DNA of 64,000 nucleotides from NCBI GenBank assembly GCA_000004985.1, contig GG738886.1, one strand, 5' to 3'. Below the pieces are notes generated by a model. That model was not told the DNA's origin and made no database searches. It saw only the letters and a list, made by a program, of their open reading frames with translations. Made by a program: the position numbers and the translations under genes. Below are positions 54,401 through 64,000 of the stretch, piece by piece (the stretch's first letter is position 1; each line of letters begins with the position of its first letter). The stretch comes from Naegleria gruberi (taxonomy: Eukaryota).

Positions 54401-57400
54401 ATACAACATGTGGAGGAATTGAAAGCACTTCACCATTGACTTGTAGAGAAAGAGGTACTTGTATTGCCTATAATCAATGTTCTTGTAATGTCACCAAAGG
54501 ATACAATGGTAATGACTGTGAAATTCCTTATTGTAACAACATTTTGGGAAACACTTCAACTGTTTGCAGTGCTCATGGTTCTTGTGAATTGCCAAACACG
54601 TGCAATTGTTCAGCAAACTATTTTGGAACATTTTGCCAATATACCACTTGTGCAGGCATTGAAACATATAATTCATCAGTTTGTATTGGTAGAGGTCAAT
54701 GTACACTTTACAATAATTGTACTTGTAACTCACCTTATTATGGATCCAATTGTGAACAATTCAAGTGTTTTGGAGTGAATAACAACTCTAGTACTGTTTG
54801 TTCTGGAAGAGGTATCTGTACAGATTATAACACCTGTGTTTGTAATGCTGGATATTTAGGATCGAATTGTGAAATTTCATCCTGTTTTGGAATTTTAAGT
54901 AATGTGTCCCTTGTTTGTAAAGCTCATGGAGTTTGTGTAGCTACGAATACTTGTGTCTGTGCTGCTAATTACATGTCCAGTGATTGTTCTGTGACTTCCT
55001 GTTCAGGAATCAATTCAACTTGGTCTTCAGTATGTCATGGAAGAGGTTCATGTTGGCCTTACAATACATGTAATTGTAATGCCAAATTGGGTTACACTGG
55101 AAATGATTGTAATGAGCCAATGTGTGACGGTCTTACAAACTCTGATCCTTATGTTTGTAGCGGAAGAGGAGGTACTTGTGTTTCTCCTAATCTATGTGTC
55201 TGTAACGATCCATCAAAATATTTTGGTAAATTGTGTGAATACACCTATTGTCGAGGTGTTCCAACCAATCTTACTGACACAGCACTCTTCTGTTCTGGAA
55301 ATGGTATTTGTACAGACTATAATTACTGTTATTGTTTTAGTGGATATACAGGAACTGAGTGTGAGTTGGATATGTTTGCAGGTTACAGATTCGTCACCAA
55401 TAAGAATGTTTATGTTTTGAAGAATCAGATTTATTACTTGCCTGCCAATATCGCCATAGGCCCAATGTTGAGTGCTGCTGGGCAGAAGACATACCTTCCT
55501 TACCAACAAGCAGTGAAAACCAATTTGAGAGTTGATGCTACATTGTTGAATGAGCTCCAAATGAGAGCTATGGGTTTAAGGTATAATTTCTTCCCTTGTG
55601 AACATTATATCAAGGACGCTTCAGTATTTGGAAAGAACATAGAATTGAGGGGAGGTGTGTACTGCATTCAGAATCCATGGACAATTGATGGACATAACTT
55701 TACCGTAATTGGTAAAAAACGAACCATTTTTACACTTCCACAGCTGATATATAAATCAGCAAAGTTCACCTACTATGAATGTGCATCTTATAGAGATGTA
55801 ATATTTTATGCCGGTGAAACTACTGGCTACAGCAATTTCACAGGACCTATCGATGCAACCATTTTTGTAAATTCACCAGGTGCAGCAGATTACTACGTGA
55901 ACGGTGATATTAATGGAGCAATCTATATATTTGGAAAACTTGGATCTAACGATGCTCCACCTACTGGTACTGTCTACACTACAGATATGAAATTTATTGC
56001 ACCATACACATTTGATCCAGCTGTTAGATACATTGAATCCAAGTGTAATTATTTCACATGTTTTGGAATTGGCTCTAATATCAATACTACTTGTTCTGGA
56101 AAAGGAAAATGCATAGGCATTGATACTTGCTCATGTATTTCTGGGGCGTATGGGCCTGATTGTTCTCTCAGAATGTGTAATGGAACTTTAGGAAACTTTT
56201 CCAATGTTTGCAGTGGTCATGGTTCATGTATTTCCACTGATATTTGTCAATGTAATGCAGGATTTTATGGGCAATGGTGCCAATACACAAAGTGTTATGG
56301 ATTAGAAAATACTTCTCCAACTGTTTGTTCAGGAAGAGGTTCTTGCTTGTCTGAAAATAATTGTATTTGTAATTCTACTTATGGATACGAAGGTTCACAA
56401 TGTGAAACTCCAATTTGTGGTGGACAATTGGGTATTTGTGCTAGTTCAAGCAGAGGAAATTGTACAGCTCCTGACACTTGCTCATGTTTGGATCATTATA
56501 GTGGTCAATTTTGCCAATGGACTACTTGTAATAGCGTACCTTCTAATTCATCAAGTGTTTGTTCTGGAAGAGGAATATGTGCTGCATATAATACTTGTCA
56601 ATGTAAAGCAGGATATATTGGATCGATCTGTGAAAAGGATGTCTTTGCTGGATACAAATTAATTAGTAACAAGGCAGTTCTTTTAGCAAAGAATTCAAGA
56701 GCTAGCTCTGTGCTGGCAGCAAGTATTGCCCTTCCTTCAATGACAATTAGACCACCAACATTTTTAAATCCAGATAAGGTCTATCCATATGTTGCAAGTG
56801 GTAAGTCTGTAATTACAAAGCCAACCGATTCCTACTATCAAACTTTAATGACCGAATTATCAAAGAAATTCGATGAGCTCATGTCCGCTCCTTGTGACTA
56901 TGTAATTTCAAAACCAGATACTGAAATGGGTCAGAAAATTCTCATTGAGCATGGTGGCGTCTATTGTTTCCAGAATGGTTGGAACATTAATGGTCAAAAG
57001 TTTACAATTGTTGGAACTGAGCCAGTTATTTTCAAAGCTCCATATATCAAGTATTCTGGAGCTAACTTTGTATATTTGAAGTGTGCTTCATATAGAAACG
57101 TGTTTTGGGTCACTCAATACTACAACTTGACTGGCAGAGTAAATTGGGTTAACAGTAATTCATTTTCTGGAACAGTTCATGGCACAATAGTTGCTAGATA
57201 TGGGTATGATTATTTAGTTTCCGATGATATACAAGGAGCTATTTGGTTTTATACTCAAGAAGATGGATATATCACTTTGAAAGATGCTAAACTTACAACA
57301 CCTCCAACATTTGATCCTTACATGCCATATGTTACTGGATCTTGTGATACTTATACTTGTTTTGGTATTGATCCAACTTCGAATATGAGTTGCTCAGGTA

Positions 57401-60400
57401 GAGGTGTCTGTAAAGATTACAATACATGTACATGTCAAGATGATTCCTATGGTATTGATTGTTCCATTTCTAAATGTTATGGAATTTTTGGAAATGTGTC
57501 AATTGTTTGTTCCTCTCATGGTAATTGTACATCAAAGGATACATGTACATGTAGTGAAGGATACTTTGGAGACTTGTGTCAATACACTTCATGTGCTGGC
57601 ATTCCAAATAACTCTACAAATGTCTGTAACCAGAGAGGTGTTTGTAATATTTACAATTCTTGCACTTGTAACACAACTTTGGGTTATGATGGATCGAATT
57701 GTCATGTTCCAATATGTAATCATCTAGTAGGAACATGTACAGATCTATTCAGAGGTAACTGTACTGCTCCTAATGCATGTTCATGTGAAAATCATTATTA
57801 TGGGCCTTGGTGTGAAAAGACAACTTGTGGTGGATTTGAGTCAACTAATACACAATCTGTTTGTAATGGAAGGGGTAATTGTACAGCTTATGAAAAGTGT
57901 ACCTGTTTACATGGATATGCAGGAGCATTTTGTGAAGAGTATAGTTGTTTTGGAGTTGTGAGAACTCTTCCGTCAACTTGCTCTGGAAGAGGAGCTTGTT
58001 CTTCAATTGACCAATGTGATTGTAGCGCAAATTATTATGGATCTAATTGTGAAATTAGCAAGTGTAATGGTAAATTTGGAAATGAGTCTACAGTGTGTAG
58101 TTCTAATGGTCAGTGTATTGAGACAAATATTTGTAATTGTTCAGAGCATTATTATGGAAATTGGTGCGAAAAGACGACTTGTTTTGGAGTTGCTTCCAAT
58201 GAGTCAAATGTTTGTTCACATAGAGGACAATGTAAAGCATTCAATACTTGCCAATGCAATCAAAATTACTTTGGAGATAATTGCGAGTTGACTACTTGTA
58301 ATAATCTTGCTTCAAACTCTGGTTTGGCTTGCAATTTGGTTGGCAATTGTACAGATTACAATACATGTGTTTGTCCTTATGGATATACTGGTTCATGGTG
58401 TGAACAGACTACTTGCTTTGGTGTAGCCACAAGTTCTCCAAGTGTTTGTAATGGACATGGTAATTGTACAACTATGGATATGTGTAGTTGTGATCCTAAA
58501 TATGGTTATGGTGGAAGTAATTGTAACATTACAACATGTGATGGAGAATTGTCTACCTCTTCTCAGGTCTGTAACTCACATGGTACATGTATTGGACCAA
58601 ATCAATGTCAATGTGCTCCACATTATATTGGTGACAATTGTCAAGTGACAACTTGTTTTGGAATTCTGTACAATGACTCTAGTGTTTGCTCAGGAAAGGG
58701 TTCTTGTGATGGATTCGATAACTGTACATGTGAACTTGGTTATTCTGGAGCAGAATGCGACCAGTACACATGCAGTGGAGTTTTCAATTCAAATCCCTTA
58801 GTTTGTTTCGGTAGAGGAAACTGTACTGAATATGATATCTGTGTTTGTGAAGCAAATGCCTTTGATTTTGATTGTTCTGGTGTTTCTTGTAATGGATTTA
58901 TCAATGCAGATCCAATGGCTTGTTCTTCACATGGTTCATGTACCCAAAATCAATAGTGTAATTGCTCTGAAAATTATCATGGTGAATGGTGTGAGCTCAC
59001 AACTTGTAATGGAATTGATTCGAATAGTACTGAAGCATGTTCTGGAAGAGGAAGATGTGTAGATTATAATAGTTGTGTCTGTTCGAATGGATACTATGGG
59101 GATGACTGTCAGGATTACAATTGTTATGGTATTTCACATTTTTCAAATTTGACATGTTCCGGATATGGTAATTGTTCCGATATCGACACATGTGAATGTT
59201 TTGAAGATTCTATTGGTTTAGATTGTTCCGTCAACGTTTGCAATGGTCTTCCTATGAATTCCTCATTAGTTTGTTCAGGACTAGGCAGTTGCACTCGACC
59301 AAATTATTGCAATTGTTCAGATAACTATTTTGGAAGTAATTGTGAATGGACCACATGTTATTCCATCGCATCATTCTCTCCATCCACATGTTCTGGAAGA
59401 GGAAATTGCTCTGATTTTGATAAGTGTATATGTAATTCTGATACATTTGGTTCCGATTGCTCTCTCTTCAAATGCAACCACACCCTTGGCAATGAAACTC
59501 AAGTTTGTAGTGGACGAGGTTCATGTATTGGCACTGATGAGTGCAATTGCACTGAGAATTATCACGGAGAGTTTTGTGAATTTACTGAATGTTTCTCTCA
59601 ACTTTCTAATGAAAGTTCAGTTTGCTCTGGAAAAGGAAAATGCATTGAGTTCAATAATTGTTCATGCCAAGATGGATATTTCGATCAAGATTGTTCTCAA
59701 TTCCAATGTAATGATACCTTCAGCAATGAAACCACAGTTTGCTCCTCAAGAGGTTTTTGCATTGATTCGAACAAGTGCAATTGCTCAGAAAATTACTTTG
59801 GACTGAATTGTGAATTGAGCATTTGCTTTACAATTCTTTCTAATGACAGCAGAGTTTGTTCTAGAAGAGGAATTTGTGTTGATTATCAAAACTGCTCATG
59901 TTATGATGGATTTTATGGTGAAAGTTGTGAGTTTGCTGTAAGTGCAGTGAACAATCAATCAAATTCCACTCAATTGAATAATCAAACTATTGATTCCAGT
60001 AATGTAACCATGAATAATAATTCATCGGTGGTTTTTAACAATACTGATAACAGTACAAATACTGATAATAGTAGTGTTGTGGTCACTAATCACACAATTT
60101 CAGAAGACAATACAACACGTTCTAATTCAAATGGAACTGTTTATAATAACAATAGTACAGACCTTTCTAATGAAACAATTTCAAATAATGGAACAGTTTC
60201 TGCTAACGCAAATGTTACTATCCCTGACAATTCTACTTCTTCCACTAATCAAACTGTTTCTCCAAGTACTGATTCATCAAATGGAACTGTTTCCAATAAT
60301 ACTGTAAATGCAACAGCTTCTGATAATACTACCACTGATAATTCCAACATTACAATTTCGGATAATACCACTTCACCTGGATCCAATAATCAAACTATTT

Positions 60401-63400
60401 CTCCAAGTGTTGATTCATCAAATGGAACGATTTCAAATAACACTAATCCTTCGGTAGTTTCGAACAGCTCAACTGTTTCAAACTCTTCTTTTACTAACGG
60501 AACAGTTTCCAACAGCACAGTCACTTCAAATAGTAGCACAATTACTTATAATACCACAATTTCATCAAACGAAACAATTTCGGTTAATGTAACAAGCAAC
60601 ACATCAAAAATTACAAATTCAACCTCAATCTTGAACGAAACTGTTCCTGTAATGCCTGAGCCTGATGTTGTGGTTGCTTTGCCGGTTGCAATTATAAAAC
60701 GAATGAGCTCGAACGTGTTCAGCTCATGCGATGATATTAGAGTGGATGGCTCGCAAAGTTTCTCACAAGATTCGACCTATCTTGACTATTATTGGAATTT
60801 ATTGGAAGCAAGCTCTTTGACTAGTTTACAAAGTTTGCCTAATAGTCCAATCATTGTCATTGACTCTACATTGAAGCCAGGACAATATGTTGTTTCACTA
60901 AAAGTTGGAAATGGAAGAAATAGTTCAGTGAACTATTCGAAACCTTTCACCAAGTCAGCAAATCCACTTCCAAAGATTTATATTGCTAATTCTTTGATTG
61001 AAAAGTATGGAAATCAATTCCCAGTAACCATCAAGAAAGTTATCACAGAATCAACTTGCCAAAAGGAAAAATCAGTAATTAGTTGGAGTCAATTAAGTGG
61101 ACCAACAGTTAAATACTCAATTGACAGTTTCAGTAATCTTGCTATTGCCTCATTGACTACCTATGGTTTCCATACTTACATCTTCCAAGTTTCAGCTCAT
61201 TACCCTTCAAATCCATTAGAAAGAGTTTCTGCCAATGTAACACTTGTTACAAAATCTCCTGAATTGCAACTTGAATTATTGACAACTGATGCAAATTCTA
61301 ATTACACAACTATTGTAATTGGATACACAGATCCAGAGAGTGCTTATAATACTCTTTCTGAGGAATGGAAATGGACTTGTTTGAATAATACGAATCCAAG
61401 TTTAATTTCCTTCTTGGAATTGATTTCTAAAAACAAGCAAACTGAAGTTAGATTTGATGGTTCATCACTATTTCGTCAAAACATACCTCGCTCTATTGAA
61501 CTATCTTTAAGAATTTCCAAGTCTGATAGAACAATCTCCAAGTCAATTATAGTTTACTTTGGATTGGTTCCACCTATTGTAAATATTATTTCAGTAGAAC
61601 CAAGCACTTTGTACGTTCTTCCTGGAGAACCTCTCAGTATTCAGACATTAGTCACCAAAGGAAATGTTAATGTTACATTGAATGGACAAGTTGTTGAAGT
61701 ATCCGATCAACAGCCAACCTTGGATGTTGACACTAAACTATTAGAACAAGGTTCTGAAAATACAATTACAATCACATCGACTGATCCAGTGACTGGAATG
61801 TCTAGCTCTTCAAGCTATACTTTCAAAGTTGCTACCTATCCGAAACCATGTGCTTGTTTCATTTCTCCTTTAAGTGGAATTGCATTAGAAAGCGATTTTG
61901 AATTCTATTGTACGAATTGTAAAAATTCAGAAAATAATATTGACTATCGATATGGATTTATAGATGACAGATCCGAAACAAGAATTCTATTATTCGATTC
62001 TGGTGAAATTTATGCTTCCAAGTTGCCATCTCCATTTTCTGGAAATACTGTCAAATGTTTCTTTGATATTGTCGATACAGAGACAGGTGCTTTTACAACA
62101 GTTTACAAAAATGTCACTATAGAAAAACCTCTCGTTACAAAAGTCGAACAAGTTCAAGGACTAGTCGAATCATGGACTATTGTGGGATCCAACTATTTCA
62201 GTAATGGAGATTTCAGTAAGAGTATTTATCAATGTGCTTCAACTTCAAGAACTGATTCAGTTTTATTGAGACAGATATTAGGAAATGAATATTTAGAAAG
62301 ATCAGAAAGTATTGAATGTGAGAATGGTGTTGATATTTCAGGAGTGTGTAAATGTCATGATGGATATATTGGTAAACATTGTGATAAGGCGATTAGTGAC
62401 TTTTCTAATATTCAAGGTACTAAATTGCAAGTACTCAGAGAAATGGTGACCATTGCCAATAGCACTGGTGAAATGAATAATCAATATTTGTCATTGCTGT
62501 CATTTGCCATTGATTCGATACTTGTCAATTATCAATATTTAGATACAAATACTATATCTGAATCAATGTATACTTTGAATATGTTTTTGGAATATTCCTT
62601 ATCTGATGAAAGTTTGAGATTACCAACCGGGGTTGATAAGTTATTAGAATCTAGTCAATATTCAACATTTAATTACATTACTGATAAGCAATACCTTACT
62701 GATCAAACGTCAAATGCCTTAAAATTATTGAAATCTCTCAAATTGTCATCTCAGTTACAAGCAAGATCTGTTTCCATGTCAAATGCCAAGAGAAACATTA
62801 AGGGATCATTCTTTAGTATAGTTTTGGGTAAGAGCTTGTTAGCTGATCATCAAAATAATATTCAAGATCCCCATTCATCTTCGTCCATAAGTATGGAGAA
62901 TGGTTTCTTTGCTTATACTGCAAGATCTAAAGTTTCATCTATCAAAAAGCCATATATTTACATCCTGTCTGTGACTGATGACATTTACTCATTGGGAACT
63001 AAACTCAAAGTTGTGGAAAAGAATAACAATGTTCAAAAGGTTTCAAATTTGGTTTCTCCAATAGTTTCTGTAGATTTTGTGGATGTTGCCACTACCATGA
63101 ATCCAACAAAAATAATTTATTCGATTCCAATTAATTTGAATGGATCAACATTTGAATTGAGAAGAGGAACTTTTGATTTATCAGTCAAGACACTGGACCA
63201 GTATTGTAAAAACTTTGATGAAGGTTCTATTAAAGTTCTTTCAGACTGTACCTTAATTTCATTGACTGCAACACATGCCAAATGTCAATGCTCCAAATTT
63301 ACAAATGTATTTGTTATTGAAACAACGACCATTTCAACTTATTCCTACACCTACTTGGCAGCTATTGGTTTCTCTCTTGTAGCTGTCTGTTCCATTGGAA

Positions 63401-63924
63401 CCTTGGTAATTCTCTCAGTTTGCGTATGGTGGAAATTCAAGAAACCTAAACTTTCCAAAAAGAGAAGTCTTGTCTTTACGGATGCCTCTGAAAATGAGAT
63501 TCAACTCAGAATTCAAGAAATTATTCTCGGAGACCATACATACAGTAATTCAGAAACTAACTCTGATGATTCATTGATTATTGATGTGATAGATGATTGT
63601 CCATCAGGAGGAAGCAGTGGAACAGGTTCAAATAATGGAAGAATGAGAAGTTATTCAATGCAAGAAAGACCAACCACAATGATGAGTTCATCCTCTCCAA
63701 GAGGTGGAGTTGGTGCCAATATACTTTCATCTTCACCAAGAGGAACAAGAAATCGTTCATCTTCAGTTGCTCCATTGATTATTCAGGAAAGCCATGAATT
63801 GGATTCGAATGCATCAAGTTCTGATGAATTATTAAAGAATCATTCAGAGGGAGGTGTTAAACGATCTGGAAGTGGTATTTGGGATTTGAGAGAAGATGGC
63901 TTTCTAGAACATGAAAAATTTTAA
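48424..63924 (+). CDS. giant type I membrane protein: signal peptide, ~150 tenascin-type EGF repeats, five ice-binding-like (DUF3494-like) modules, N-glycan-rich stalk, GPS-like motif, single TM; one in-frame TAG at 58954..58956
   Basis: ORFs 48187..58956 and 59149..63924 are in the same frame (59149-48187 is divisible by 3). The 64 codons between them are open and continue the EGF pattern (CNCSENYHGEWCELTTCNG...). The first ATG, at 48424, precedes a hydrophobic signal-like segment (LVLLFIIISMILVSCFMC). The EGF units follow C.G.G.C.....C.C..GY.G..C. The TM helix YLAAIGFSLVAVCSIGTLVILSVCVWW lies at ~63352..63435 and is followed by a basic/S-rich tail. Confidence 0.6.
48940..49640 (+). repeat. 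ice-binding-like (DUF3494-like) module 1 of 5 within the giant gene
   Basis: KDLFAGYKLISISPVVIAKNS...GGVYCFPNGVTIRGHTFIIVGTETVLFKSP...YLECASYRNVFWLTYDQGDNGNFFSGDIHGTVIGIS... This is colinear with fungal/bacterial IBP beta-helix motifs (FAVLAgs; GvYk.....tGtltLdgqgdpnavFIFq; aqAkNVFWqvG; F.GtIla.T.it). Confidence 0.45.
51169..51880 (+). repeat. ice-binding-like module 2
   Basis: DPFAGFRIIS...HGGVICFTGGMTFGPERTIIIVGTEPVIFKLPSLQYSALNIVFLECASYRNFFWIL...IHGTFIQLSGTISLRGYLAGSV. Confidence 0.45.
53425..54160 (+). repeat. ice-binding-like module 3
   Basis: DPFAGYRMVS...HGGVFCFNIEASFHNNITIIIVGAEPVVMKVPSIQYSAVNFVFAECASYRNLFWFIT...IYGTFFPTSGGSFQLAGPFAGSVWVTG. Confidence 0.45.
55362..56040 (+). repeat. 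ice-binding-like module 4 (most diverged)
   Basis: DMFAGYRFVT...RGGVYCIQNPWTIDGHNFTVIGKKRTIFTLPQLIYKSAKFTYYECASYRDVIFYAG...IDATIFVNSPGAADYYVNGDINGAIYIFG. Confidence 0.4.
56633..57345 (+). repeat. ice-binding-like module 5 (closest to module 1)
   Basis: DVFAGYKLISNKAVLLAKNS...HGGVYCFQNGWNINGQKFTIVGTEPVIFKAPYIKYSGANFVYLKCASYRNVFWVTQ...VHGTIVARYGYDYLVSDDIQGAIWFYT. Confidence 0.45.
59935..60650 (+). repeat. S/T/N-rich stalk with ~45 N-x-S/T sequons and internal ~35-aa repeats (mucin-like, heavily N-glycosylated)
   Basis: NQSNSTQLNNQTIDSSNVTMNNNSS...STNQTVSPSTDSSNGTVSNNTVNATASDNTTTDNSNITISDNTTSPGSNNQTISPSVDSSNGTISNNTNP... This sits between the last EGF array and the membrane-proximal domain. Confidence 0.5.
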
Positions 63925-64000
63925 ACTTTTTATTACAAGCTCAACTGGAATAAATTCCTTCAATAACTTTCTTTAAACGTTTTTCATTGGCCTTCGTTTC

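Noticed and set aside
48647-58648. Dozens of 60-127-aa ORFs on both strands inside the giant EGF gene (for example 48647..48967, 49622..50005, 55213..55560)
   Set aside because: They are alternate-frame or antisense readings of a Cys-codon-rich (TGT/TGC) repeat region. The main frame is continuous for >5,000 codons and explains the region.
49640-59930. Regular ~93-nt periodic Cys-codon repeats that might be mistaken for a CRISPR-like or satellite array
   Set aside because: The repeats are coding (EGF modules with conserved Cys/Gly spacing), of variable length, within a single ORF. There are no direct-repeat/spacer structure or cas genes, and this is a eukaryote.

Overview
AT-rich (~65% A+T) eukaryotic nuclear DNA, not prokaryotic. 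The evidence: seven cloverleaf tRNA genes; A-rich contexts before ATG starts (aaaaATG); Q/N-rich low-complexity proteins; and at least 17 short spliceosomal introns (31-62 nt, one of 130 nt) with GTAAGT/GTATGT/GTACGT/GTGAGT-type donors and AG acceptors. The supplied bacterial-style ORF track misses these introns and uses alternative start codons. The style (poly-N/Q proteins, paired tRNA genes, tenascin-type EGF giant proteins) suggests an amoebozoan, dictyostelid-like protist, but that is only a guess. I infer about 25 protein-coding genes, several multi-exon, plus tRNA-Gly(UCC), tRNA-Glu(CUC), tRNA-Glu(UUC), two identical tRNA-Thr(AGU), tRNA-Trp(CCA) and tRNA-Asp(GUC). Protein genes I can name: an RCC1-repeat fragment, a RasGAP-like+VPS9 (GAPVD1/RME-6-like) protein, an F-box/LRR protein, an RWD-kelch-2xBTB (LZTR1-like) protein, a PPPDE-domain Q/N-rich giant, a cytochrome P450, a ubiquitin-like protein, a divergent importin-alpha, a cytochrome-b5-fused front-end fatty-acid desaturase, a fatty-acid-hydroxylase/sterol-desaturase family enzyme, two paralogous ApoL-like proteins, an ENaC/degenerin-like channel and an NHL-repeat protein. 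Most striking is a ~15.5 kb single reading frame (48424..63924) for a ~5,100-aa type I membrane protein. It has about 150 tenascin-type EGF repeats interleaved with five ice-binding-like (DUF3494-like) modules, a hyper-N-glycosylated stalk, a GPS-like motif and one transmembrane helix, and it is interrupted by a single in-frame TAG. I saw no CRISPR arrays, rRNA or obvious transposons.
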